Below, in pieces: positions 48,376-54,220 of a stretch of 64,000 nt of DNA. Numbering within the stretch: the stretch's first letter is position 1; each line of letters begins with the position of its first letter. The position numbers and the translations under genes are program-made. The DNA lies in contig OZ024747.1 in NCBI GenBank assembly GCA_964016885.1, forward strand, positions 68,572,001-68,636,000, given 5' to 3'. The notes below the pieces were generated by a model that had not been told where the DNA came from, did not search any database, and saw nothing but the letters and a program-made list of their open reading frames with translations. This DNA is from Eledone cirrhosa. Its lineage: Eukaryota.

Positions 48376-50908
48376 TGAAAAGTCTGTTTGTTTGCTTAGA
48401 AAGCCGTGCAGTGCAAGTGGGTTAGATTGCAAAGATAAGTGAAAAGGGAATTGAGAGAGAAAGCAAAATTGGAAGAAGGAAAAGAAGGATGTCTGAAAGT
48501 TGCCTTAGCAATTTAATAGTCCCAAAATATTTCAGATTAACTGTTCATTATCAAGGGGGAAGTCATAGTGTTGGGTTGGTGGCTTTCCTTCCTGGTGGCC
48601 ATTTATTTTTTATTTTTGAATATATATATAGTGAAGGCTTAGTGGTTAGAGCATTGGGCTTGCAATCAAAAGGTTGTGAGTTTGATTCTCGGACTGGGTG
48701 GTGCTCCAGTTTACTCAGCTGTAGAAATGAGTTGCAACGTCACTGGTGCCAAGCGGTATCAGCCATAGCCTTTCCCTTCGACAACATTGGTGGCAGGGAG
48801 AGGGGAGGATGGTATGCATGGGTGAGTGCTGGTCTTCCATAAACAACCTTGCCCGGACTTGTGGCTCTGAGGAAACTTTATAGGTGCAAATGACATGGGC
48901 ATTCGTGACTGAAGGGGGTCTTCGATATATATATATATAGAGAGAGAGAGAGGGAGATGGTGGTTAAGACAGGTATTGTTCTCGTCGTGTGGTTAAGAAG
49001 TTCACTTCATAATCACACGATTCTGGGTTTGATCCCATTACATAGCAACCATAGCCTCTTGTTGACCAATATCTGTCTATTTACCTATCTTGCATACTTC
49101 TCAATTTATCTGTATATATTGTTTTCACATTTACACTTATAGAAAATTTTCTCTGTTTTACAGTTGGACAAGACGATTTGATGACCCTCTTGAAGATTGC
49201 ATGTCGAAGCTCTTCTATAAGATAATTTCTTTGATTCTTAAACAAAGTGAGTAATATAATAATATATAACATATTTACTGAATATATAAGAGAAGGTTAG
49301 GTTTAAGTAAGATCCTCGTATTTAACAAGCGATAACAAAAATACAAGATTTGTTTTGTAAAATACGACAAAAACTTCGTATTTAACAAGCAATAACAAAG
49401 GATCAGATGTTGTTTACTCGAGAGAAGGCTACGTTGGTACGGTCACGTGATGCGCATGAAAGACTATAGCTGTATAACAAAGTGCAGGGCAATAAAGATA
49501 GACCGTAGCCACGGAATAGGCAGACCCAGAAAGACCTGGGACGAGCTGATAAATTCCGACCTCACACACTTACACCTCACCAAGACAATGTCACTGGACC
49601 AAGACCTTTGGCGGTACTCAGTAACAGAGAAGACCCACCTTACCTAAATACATAGTAAAACCTACTACAGCCAGTACGCACCTCTAACAAAATACACCCC
49701 GTCCCACCACCCCCACCCCATCCACACCGCCCCTTTCAATGTAAAGTTATGTTGGTGCCACAACATCCAGGCCGAAACAAATGAGATCGTGTAGGTGTCA
49801 TGACAAAAAAACACACAGTCCACGCTGTAATGTGGCCGTGTAGGCAACACGGTAAAAACCTCCCAGCCCCACACTGTAAATGTGGTTGGTGTTAGGAAGG
49901 GCATCCAGCTGTAGAAAACCCGCCAGATAGTCCTATGCGAGCAAGATAATCACTCTTGCCTCAAGTGGGAAAACCCCCGTCCAAACCCATGCAAGCGTGG
50001 AACACGGACGTTAAACGTTGATGATGATGATGATTACTGATGTATTGAACCCATTCATCTTTTACAACACCTTAAACACATACATGAATGGGTATGTAAT
50101 TTCTTCCATACATGATCCTGTTAAATTTCACTACACTTGGCATCATCCTTTTTACCCCCACCTCTAAACAAGTTTGCCTTGGAATAAAGCATCCTGCCTT
50201 ACCATTTCCCTTCTCCTCTCATAAGTTGATCATGGCTTTTTAATTATGTCATGGATACGCCTACCTCTTTGTGCTAGCACCACAATAAAGTGCATCCAGT
50301 ACAGTCTGTAAAGTGATTGGTGATAGGAAGGGCATCCAGCTTTAGAAATCATGCCAAAACCAGAACATACATCTGTAATACAGGACCCTCCCCTCTTCCT
50401 TCCGGTCTATCTGGGAGGACAGTAGTTCTGATTAAGTACTGACTGATCTGTGACGACCTGTCCAACCCATGCCAGCCTTGAAAAACAGATGCTATGTAAT
50501 TGTTTCTACTTTTGGCACAAGGCCAGCAATTACTCCAGTGCATTACTGGTGCTTTATTTTATCAACACCGTAAGGACGAAAGTCCTTTAAATCGCCCCCA
50601 GTGCGTTACTGGTACTTTATTTTATCGACTCCTGTAAGGATAAAAGGCAAAGTTAACCTCAGCAGGATTTGAACTCAAAACGTAAAGGGCTATAACTCTA
50701 TGACCTTTTACATTCTGAGAACGACAAGATGGCTATGATAACTACAACATATATATTTTTTCAATTTATTTCAGGTACAGACATTAAAGAACTATTGCCA
50801 GACAAGACTCTCCTGATTGCTGCTGAAGAATTGCTCCTTCTTCAACAAGATAGTAATTTCTTATTTTTGATAGAGACAATATATGAACAGATTTATCAAA
50901 TTGTATAA
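166..50908 (+). CDS. NUP133: Nuclear pore complex protein Nup133 (spliced; 33 coding exons in window, 5' end upstream of window)
   Basis: Manually spliced GT-AG exons join in frame (3268 nt, ends TAA 50906-50908). Motifs match metazoan Nup133: IDPSGWAWLV, KELTLPPSD, DDYPSADPRWAES, AASLAEKYYDF, GKRGKLL, KKTLLAMAKL, FKMALDLL. Confidence 0.96.
407..568 (+). mobile_element. piggyBac-type MITE (family P1, internally deleted)
   Basis: TTAA-CTCTTTAGCATT...AATGCTAAAGAG-TTAA. Confidence 0.8.
1163..1490 (-). mobile_element. Non-autonomous Helitron H1 (with internal inverted duplication)
   Basis: CTAG terminus, (CA)/(TA) microsatellite, same family as 9419, 14231, 22777, 31365. Confidence 0.7.
2040..2143 (+). 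CDS. NUP133: NUP133 exon
   Basis: KITEYTVKIDPSGWAWLVGGRKLFIWRYNQSSYEK; tgtag|...|gtacat. Confidence 0.92.
2690..3007 (-). mobile_element. Old decayed RTE LINE ORF2 3' fragment
   Basis: Degenerate homology to the RTE C-terminus (LVWIC/RGRQEDMG frames), adjacent to a younger copy. Confidence 0.65.
3008..4115 (-). mobile_element. 5'-truncated RTE-clade LINE (subfamily A)
   Basis: ORF 3314-3763: KGRLYDACIRTAMLHGSETW...RRLRWYGHVMR...GRPKMTW. (GAT)n tail; TSD TCGCTT (3002-3007 / 4114-4119). Confidence 0.92.
4740..4967 (+). CDS. NUP133: NUP133 exon
   Basis: SSRIVKELTLPPSDLAH...AVSPEGIVRYWSSI...VVNLQ; AG/GT flanks. Confidence 0.95.
5029..5258 (+). mobile_element. piggyBac-type MITE P1
   Basis: TTAA TSD, TIR (C)CCTTTAGCATTT / AAATGCTAAAGGG. 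Confidence 0.85.
5763..5828 (+). CDS. NUP133: NUP133 exon
   Basis: PHGCILATTTSSFVLLSPAPEQ; tttcag|...|gtaagt. Confidence 0.92.
6012..6285. repeat. 48-bp minisatellite (~6 units) inside an RTE 3'UTR copy (5852-6285, minus)
   Basis: TTAC recurs at 6013, 6061, 6109, 6157, 6205, 6253. Confidence 0.9.
6567..6677 (+). CDS. NUP133: NUP133 exon
   Basis: NSITYHIIRASQGMLAGLTSRMTSFIFG...; ccag|...|gtaagt. Confidence 0.92.
6716..6913 (-). mobile_element. piggyBac-type MITE P1
   Basis: Reverse-orientation copy, left TIR partly deleted. Confidence 0.8.
6960..7180 (+). mobile_element. tRNA-derived SINE family S1 (CORE-like domain)
   Basis: A/B-box-like head (TGGCAGAAT..., GAGTTCAAA), GCCTTTCATCC...GATAAAATAAAGTACCAGT. 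Confidence 0.75.
7524..7713 (-). mobile_element. tRNA-derived SINE S1 with 18-bp TSD
   Basis: TSD GAAAATGGTGTCAATAAT at 7506-7523 and 7714-7731. Confidence 0.88.
7836..8108 (+). mobile_element. TTAA-type MITE family P2 with palindromic subrepeats
   Basis: Reverse-complement homolog of 23380-23726; ends GCAGTCAACAGATTAA. Confidence 0.6.
8308..8421 (+). CDS. NUP133: NUP133 exon
   Basis: ALHALISDDYELGKDRFFYVLSGNVLQKWSMAANNTET; AG/GT, phase 0/0. Confidence 0.88.
8469..8662 (-). mobile_element. piggyBac-type MITE P1
   Basis: TTAACCCTTTAGCATTTA...TAAATGCCAAAGGGTTAA. Confidence 0.85.
9419..9714 (-). mobile_element. Non-autonomous Helitron H1
   Basis: 5'-TC...CTAG-3' on minus strand, inserted between A and T, no TSD. 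Confidence 0.78.
9887..9946 (+). CDS. NUP133: NUP133 exon
   Basis: LLFQCDVERLFQIRLVEKIW; AG/GT, phase 0/0. Confidence 0.85.
10074..11032. repeat. 214-bp inverted repeat with 531-bp spacer
   Basis: 10074-10287 is the reverse complement of 10819-11032. Confidence 0.95.
10326..10413. mobile_element. 88-bp hAT-type MITE
   Basis: TIR CAGAGCTGCGGAG / CTCCGCAGCCCTG; TSD tataataa/tataatac. Confidence 0.75.
11588..11750 (-). mobile_element. SINE S1
   Basis: Family homology. Confidence 0.7.
14133..14194 (+). CDS. NUP133: NUP133 exon
   Basis: NQDVTRLPQLNIWLLDMQLN; ttcag|...|gtaagt. Confidence 0.88.
14231..14546 (+). mobile_element. Non-autonomous Helitron H1
   Basis: A|TCTCTATATA...TTCTAG|T. Confidence 0.8.
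14905..15395 (+). mobile_element. Decayed RTE LINE fragment
   Basis: CYLGD...GCSEGTVVKVRTRWKKFRALLPLL...LHGSETW with stops. Confidence 0.85.
15770..15917 (+). mobile_element. SINE S1 (internally deleted)
   Basis: Family homology. Confidence 0.65.
16257..16324 (+). CDS. NUP133: NUP133 exon
   Basis: FGVVILAAAMNSEVRNTVHYAV; phase 2/1. Confidence 0.88.
16517..16960 (-). mobile_element. Expander/Rex3-like RTE 3' end with expanded (CTT)n tail
   Basis: Homologous to 20322-20680 and 51730-52190; ~240-bp pyrimidine microsatellite at the tail. Confidence 0.75.
17048..17337 (+). mobile_element. tRNA-derived SINE family S2
   Basis: TAGTGGTTAG A-box, GAGTTCAATTCC B-box, TCTTGAG.AAGACA. Confidence 0.72.
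17512..18820 (+). mobile_element. 5'-truncated RTE LINE (subfamily B)
   Basis: ORF 17530-18171 with zinc finger plus RT C-terminus, one frameshift in an A-run, 3'UTR, (GAT)n tail. Confidence 0.93.
18821..19708 (+). mobile_element. Non-autonomous Helitron-like element
   Basis: Starts ATATAAAA followed by (GTCT)n, internal subrepeats GGGCCCGCATTAGGTGAAAA, ends ...GCAACGCCGGATACCACTGCTAG|T. Confidence 0.7.
20200..20279 (+). CDS. NUP133: NUP133 exon
   Basis: GTLCLQEISDDMELESLTVLEHVETWQ; cacag|...|gttagt. Confidence 0.82.
20322..20680 (-). mobile_element. Expander/Rex3-like RTE 3' fragments (two partial copies)
   Basis: Minus-strand peptide IHELGWSRLGIQLDQL; (CTT)n tail. Confidence 0.7.
21441..21543 (+). 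CDS. NUP133: NUP133 exon
   Basis: ESNEDHILGYHLLVSNIEGDHALIYSKTQAHCIS; ctag|...|gtaagt. Confidence 0.82.
22217..22282 (+). CDS. NUP133: NUP133 exon
   Basis: LDQNFPSETVDFNRPGDQILGV; phase 1/1. Confidence 0.88.
22401..22626 (+). mobile_element. piggyBac-type MITE P1
   Basis: TTAA-flanked, same internal sequence. Confidence 0.85.
22777..23116 (-). mobile_element. Non-autonomous Helitron H1
   Basis: Subterminal hairpin ACATGC-N6-GCATGT ~11 nt before CTAG (minus strand). Confidence 0.8.
23232..23316 (+). CDS. NUP133: NUP133 exon
   Basis: GRYDCNPLLFSAHRGILLVSKISNQQNF; donor gttggt, phase 2 fits next exon. Confidence 0.85.
23380..23726 (-). mobile_element. TTAA-type MITE family P2
   Basis: TTAAACTGTTGACTGC...GGCACTGAAGAGGTTAA; TCATAACTTTAAAGTTATGA units. 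Confidence 0.6.
25280..25310 (+). CDS. NUP133: NUP133 31-nt small exon
   Basis: ttttag|T GTT GAA TCA GAA CCT...GAA|gtaagt; required to restore frame (VESEPVFEME). Confidence 0.75.
25539..25727. repeat. Same 48-bp minisatellite (4 units) in an RTE 3'UTR copy
   Basis: Units at ~25539, 25587, 25635, 25682. Confidence 0.85.
26162..26236 (+). CDS. NUP133: NUP133 exon
   Basis: ESTSSDNSLQSIFTSAFVAYCHKKI. Confidence 0.85.
26823..27018 (+). CDS. NUP133: NUP133 exon
   Basis: ...SELDSIIAQTSLSIIDDYPSADPRWAES (Nup133 signature). Confidence 0.95.
27424..27639 (+). mobile_element. piggyBac-type MITE P1
   Basis: TTAA-flanked, same internal sequence. Confidence 0.85.
27828..27940 (+). CDS. NUP133: NUP133 exon
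   Basis: QDFGYKSSNLILKQLEKKLNLHELFNKFLRHFNLTDK. Confidence 0.92.
28020..28243 (-). mobile_element. SINE S2
   Basis: Reverse complement of the S2 head (AGTCTTGCTCAAGGACA). Confidence 0.68.
28427..28554 (+). CDS. NUP133: NUP133 exon
   Basis: LNSVPVRDVMMDTTRFLCENGEKLAAMIALRS... Confidence 0.92.
28577..29105. mobile_element. hAT (Charlie-like) MITE containing a nested S2 SINE (~28772-28993)
   Basis: TIR CAGAGGTTCT / AGAACCTCTG, perfect 8-bp TSD ATCTACTT; SINE flanked by TATTATTTA. Confidence 0.88.
29243..29495. repeat. ~127-bp tandem duplication
   Basis: Two diverged copies of ...GTGAAATCTTGCATGCATTAATTTCAACTC...GAAAAACAAACCTCATT... Confidence 0.88.
29591..29687 (+). CDS. NUP133: NUP133 exon
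   Basis: SLLATLIKRVIERKGETQHSINLTHFDLFYRE. Confidence 0.88.
30702..31047. repeat. Palindrome, ~165-bp arms
   Basis: Arms 30702-30866 / 30879-31047, ~12-nt loop. Confidence 0.92.
31125..31244 (+). CDS. NUP133: NUP133 exon
   Basis: VSCVSDIFCECLEYEHDRL...VITINELIM. Confidence 0.9.
31365..31681 (-). mobile_element. Non-autonomous Helitron H1 (partial), hosting an RTE stub
   Basis: Family homology; RTE tail inserted at 31444-31497. Confidence 0.72.
31715..31782. repeat. 31-bp-stem hairpin
   Basis: AAATTATAAACAAGACTGGTGTAATTTCATG-GGAAAA-CATGAAATTACACCGGTCTTGTTTATAATTT. Confidence 0.92.
31967..32110 (+). CDS. NUP133: NUP133 exon
   Basis: YVLQQALRYRSNKLDYY...EYIPWTCS...GMRALLKKQ. Confidence 0.93.
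32420..32612. mobile_element. hAT MITE (family of 37630)
   Basis: CATGTCAAACTGAGGG...ATGTTTGTCATGCCTG. Confidence 0.7.
32613..32851. mobile_element. pogo/Tigger-like MITE, left TIR interrupted by an RTE stub
   Basis: GTATATACTCGAATATAAGCTGA...TCAGGTTATATTTGAATATATATGGTA; related ends near 5640-5660 and 27285-27310. Confidence 0.55.
33080..33335 (-). mobile_element. RTE LINE 3' end (distinct family, (TGAA)n tail)
   Basis: Minus-strand KWSWIGHTLSKP...QALTWSPQGNRKRG...AQDRMRWRKVVNGLCS. Confidence 0.8.
33370..33583 (+). CDS. NUP133: NUP133 exon
   Basis: ...QLTDLADILLDGYTSQLTSL...YEDDRALLTSML. Confidence 0.93.
33668..33845 (+). mobile_element. SINE S1
   Basis: Family homology. Confidence 0.72.
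34648..34863 (-). mobile_element. piggyBac-type MITE P1
   Basis: TTAACCCTTTAGCATT...AATGCTAAAGGGTTAA. Confidence 0.88.
34898..35031 (+). CDS. NUP133: NUP133 exon
   Basis: NHQEYSKAASLAEKYYDFNTLAKVCD... Confidence 0.95.
35595..35634 (+). CDS. NUP133: NUP133 40-nt exon
   Basis: GFRKSMYDYYLNT; ttcag|...|gtaaga. Confidence 0.85.
36568..36789 (-). mobile_element. piggyBac-type MITE P1
   Basis: TTAA-flanked, diverged TIRs. Confidence 0.82.
36826..36938 (+). CDS. NUP133: NUP133 exon
   Basis: GKRGKLLTMP...ISWLMDIAAPDYFS. Confidence 0.9.
37206..37425 (+). mobile_element. SINE S1
   Basis: Family homology. Confidence 0.72.
37630..37869. mobile_element. hAT MITE with ~31-bp internal tandem repeat x3
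   Basis: TIR CAGGCATGTCAAAC / GTTTGACATGCCTC; perfect TSD ATCTAAAG. Confidence 0.85.
38764..39792. mobile_element. hAT-type MITE carrying an RTE insertion
   Basis: TIR CAGGGGCGTGCAACA / TGTTGCACACCCCTG; 8-bp TSD ctttaaac/atttaaac. Confidence 0.8.
38978..39714 (-). mobile_element. 5'-truncated RTE LINE (subfamily C)
   Basis: ORFs 39187-39579 and 38993-39190 (IEVVDSFRYLG...LHGSETW...GRPRKTW); (GAT)n tail. Confidence 0.92.
40508..40567 (+). CDS. NUP133: NUP133 exon
   Basis: AYETLISLAMEEKKFVSRKK. Confidence 0.9.
40858..41010 (+). mobile_element. SINE S1 (old)
   Basis: Family homology. Confidence 0.6.
41828..41894 (+). CDS. NUP133: NUP133 exon
   Basis: TLLAMAKLCLLCTDKADPNLTS. Confidence 0.9.
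43136..43197 (+). CDS. NUP133: NUP133 exon
   Basis: EINAEQALITHQELIPQEVFQ. Confidence 0.9.
43842..44324 (-). mobile_element. Short RTE copy (subfamily A)
   Basis: Near-identical to 3008-3492; TSD CTTGTT. Confidence 0.92.
44649..44822 (+). mobile_element. SINE S2 within a (TA)n tract
   Basis: Family homology. Confidence 0.68.
45310..45637. mobile_element. hAT MITE (same family as 28577, without the SINE)
   Basis: TSD ttctatgg/ttctgtgg; short internal tandem duplication. Confidence 0.82.
45810..45866 (+). CDS. NUP133: NUP133 exon
   Basis: SSCIDPNNMRVLLPHEMIE. Confidence 0.9.
46040..46482 (+). mobile_element. Ingi/Vingi-like LINE C-terminal fragment
   Basis: EWQRSW...GFELPRKQWV..N....H...DCGDPDQT..H...CPLRRFSG.LEAIH...WLASLD (CCHC-type C-terminus) with stops. 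Confidence 0.6.
46826..46906 (+). CDS. NUP133: NUP133 exon
   Basis: LYIHEDNLQATEYHFKMALDLLVFVRE. Confidence 0.93.
47977..48044 (+). CDS. NUP133: NUP133 exon
   Basis: KEPDIDCQALFYHIWAQSVLRN. Confidence 0.9.
48633..48922 (+). mobile_element. SINE S2
   Basis: Homologous to 17048-17337. Confidence 0.7.
49164..49246 (+). CDS. NUP133: NUP133 exon
   Basis: WTRRFDDPLEDCMSKLFYKIISLILKQ. Confidence 0.9.
49399..50034 (+). mobile_element. Short RTE copy (subfamily B)
   Basis: Near-identical to 18062-18820; (GAT)n tail. Confidence 0.92.
50499..50702 (-). mobile_element. SINE S1 with internal duplication
   Basis: CCAGTGC.TTACTGGT...TTTATC unit occurs twice. Confidence 0.68.
50775..50908 (+). CDS. NUP133: NUP133 terminal coding exon
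   Basis: STDIKELLPDKTLLIAAEELLLLQQDSNFLFLIETIYEQIYQIV*. Confidence 0.9.
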
Positions 50909-50960
50909 AATACCATGTCAAAAAGTGTTTATTATTTGTTGTAAAAAAATTCCATTTATA

Positions 50961-50966
50961 AATAAA
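50961..50966 (+). terminator. Candidate polyadenylation signal of NUP133
   Basis: AATAAA ~53 nt after the stop, followed by GT-rich sequence. Confidence 0.45.
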
Positions 50967-51320
50967 CATTTCATTTACATATGTATCAGTGTATGCATGT
51001 GTGTGTTTGATGTGTTCAGTAAACAGATTCACATTTTCAAACGAAGGTTTTGGTTCAGTCTGTGTTTTGGTTTGTATGTATATGCTATGTATAATCAAAT
51101 GAAGGGCTGATTGAATGAAACCTCACTATGAAAAAATGATGCTGTTTACTTTACATAAATGATAAACATATATATCAGATTGTACACACTTCTTTCTAGC
51201 AGAAGAGTGTATTGAGGCTTTTTTATGTTTTTCTACCATGAAATATATGAAAATAATGTACATGTCTCTTATATTTTTCCATTTTAGCTCTTTTAATTGG
51301 AATGTGATATAAATGAATGT

Positions 51321-51543
51321 TTAACCCTTTAGCATTTACATTACTCTATATTTACTATTGTATTTTTACAGTAAAGGCTTTGCTTCATATAATTATCTCA
51401 CATAGTATTAATAAATCTATGAGATTTTGATATGTATTTTGAGAACAATACCTTAATATCAATATCCGGTTATGGCTGGTTTGAACAGAAAGAGGTGAGA
51501 GAATTCTGGCCGGATATGACCGGTTTAAATGCTAAAGGGTTAA
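51321..51543 (-). mobile_element. piggyBac-type MITE P1
   Basis: TTAACCCTTTAGCATTTA...TAAATGCTAAAGGGTTAA. Confidence 0.88.
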
Positions 51544-51729
51544 AGATTAGCAAAATTGTCTGAACACAAATCCCATGTGATTTCATCTATAAAAAAATAA
51601 TAAATAAATAAAAAAATGAATAAATTTCATTTCCATTCATTTCATAATAAAAAATATTTTTGAATGTATACATCCTTCTTTTTGTTTATTCTTTCAATGG
51701 TTTTAATTGCTTAACCAAGAAATTTCAAA

Positions 51730-52190
51730 AATGTTCACATTGGCAACCCTTCTCTTCTTCTTTGCCCACTTATTTCTAAGAGGGCTGTTGGGACAGAGTC
51801 CTCAAACACTCCTTCCAGCAAGTCCTGTCTGGAGCAACTGTCTTCAACTGATCCAGCTGGATCCCCAAGTAAGACCAGCTAAGCTCATGCATCTTGCTCG
51901 AGGTCTACCCTTAGGTCTCCAGCCGGTTGGTTTTGCATGTAAAATCTGTCCAGCAATTCTTTCCTGGGACATTCTAACCACATGTCCATAGTATCGGAGC
52001 TGTGATCTCTCAATTTGGAGAAATAGTGGCTCTACTTGGAGTGACTCTCATCTCTGAGCTACACACTCTATCGAGTAACGTTATTCCGAAGAACCTTCAG
52101 TGGAACCGCATTTCAACCACTTGTATTCGCGATCATATTCTTTCGGTCATTACCCAAGATTCATGACCATAGGTAAGGGTTCGCACGAAT
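51730..52190 (-). mobile_element. Expander/Rex3-like RTE ORF2 3' end
   Basis: RTLTYGHESWVMTERI*SRIQVVEMRF...VEPLFLQIERSQLRYYGHVVRM...PTGWRPKGRPR. Confidence 0.82.
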
Positions 52191-53379
52191 CGAGTTTGGC
52201 TTTTACACCTGAATCCCAAATGCTGAAGCTGGTGCATTACTGCACCAGCTTCAGCAATTCTTCCACTTAATTCAGTGGCAACCCCACTTTTTAATAATAA
52301 CATTTTCCATAACAGATTAAGTTTTGTTAGGAAATTAATAACAATAAATAATTAAAGTATCACCAGTCAGATGTCTCATTGTTAGCAGTTGTCAGATCTC
52401 AGATATACTTCAGATTTTGACTTAATTTTGTACATACAAGTTTAAAAATCTCTGTCTTAGCTGCTGTGTGTATGTATCTGTTGAGATCCTTCACTAGCTA
52501 AGTACTCCACCCTATATACACACACACACCACTCCTACTTTAAACATCTGATGTACTACTCTTGACCAACCCATGTATACAAGTATGGAAAGTTGAATAT
52601 GCTCTCCCACAATGCTGCTGGGGTGACTGAAAGCTCTGTCTGTCATATAAAGTGTTTGTGTTAGGTAACATGACAAAAGTGGTCATATTGGTGTCATGAT
52701 AAAAAGCACCCAGTCTACACTGTAAATGTGGTTGGCGTAAGAAAGGGCATCAGCTGTAGAAACCAAGCTAGAATTGGTTTGGTGTGAGCAAGACATGGTC
52801 ATCTAATCTGACTTGTCTCACAACAGGACAACCTGCCTAACCCATGCTAGCATGGAAAATGGATGTTAAACAGTGATGATGATGAGAGAGTAAATAATGT
52901 AGAGATTTAAAAAAAAATACTTTGGCAAGGAATAGAAAGATTAAGGTGTGGAAAAATGTTGTTTTGCTAACATAAAATAGTTGATTAAAATGTTATCTTT
53001 TTTAAACTGTCTACTTAGAAGAAAGGACATGTCTATATGTGTATGAACATGTTTGTCTGTGTACATATCTATGTATGTATGTACATGTGTCACTGTACAG
53101 ACATAGGTATGTATGTAAATATTAAATTTTTACTGTTTATCCAGACAGGGATAGACTTTTTCAGAGTTTCTGAGACAGGTGGGAAGGAGAGAGAAAAATA
53201 TCCTCAAATCAGAGACCTGGCCTGAATGCTTGCGATAAAGCTGCCTTTTGATCTGATTATTTTCAGCAGAAGTTTCTCACCAAGATGTTATAAAGGCCTG
53301 TGATGTACAACCTATTTAAGAAGTTATATATTAAATATATAGCTTTTTATATAATTATAATAGCAGAGTTAATCCAGTT

Positions 53380-53580
53380 TGTGGCTTAGTGGCTAGAGAA
53401 TTTGATTCACAATTGTGAGGTTGCAAGTTCAATTTCTGAACTGGGTGATGTGTTATGTCCTAGAGCAAAACACTATTTCACGTTGCTCTTTTTGCCAGGG
53501 GTTATGACCAGTATATAGTATTAGCAATGGAAAAATTGTTTCCTTGGTCTTATTTGATGAACTCCACCCTACTTGGTAAG
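53380..53580 (+). mobile_element. SINE S2
   Basis: Family homology. Confidence 0.68.
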
Positions 53581-53611
53581 TGAATGAATTTGGATCTTGT
53601 CGATTGTAAAT

Positions 53612-54220
53612 ATATATATATATAAATAGGGAGACACAAAGCAGGCTTTGTTTACAAATGGCTAGTGAATTTGAAAATTAGGTAGTAACATGTGTTTACA
53701 CCGTATTTAACTAAATAGAATTAGTCTGTTAGTTGGGATTTTAAAAAAATCCTGAATGTAAAAAAGGATGAGTATTGACGTACATGGAAGACGAACCTAC
53801 ATCTTTGGTTTGCCGCCCCAATGTGTTACCATTACAACAACACACCACCCATGCTACCTTCCAATTAGAAGCTATATAATCGTAGCAGGTATATATATAT
53901 ATGTTTATAAATATGGAGACACGATACAGGCTTTGTTTACAAACGGTTAGCGAATTTGAAAATTAAGTAGGAACGTGTGCTTACGCCGTATTTGACTAAA
54001 TAGAATTAGTCTGTTAGTTGGGATTTAAAAAAAAACCCTGAATGTAAAAAAGGATGAGTATTGACGTATATGGGACATGAACCCACATCTTTGGTTCGTG
54101 TCCCATGTACGTCAATACTCATCCTTTTTTATATTCAGAGGGTTCTTTAAATCCCAACTAACAGACTAATTCTATTTAATCAAATACGGTGTAAGCACAT
54201 CTTACTACCTAATTTTAAAT
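53612..54220. repeat. Tandem (~290-bp period) plus inverted repeat structure
   Basis: Direct copies ~53620-53815 and ~53905-54095; inverted copy ~54092-54220. Confidence 0.88.
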
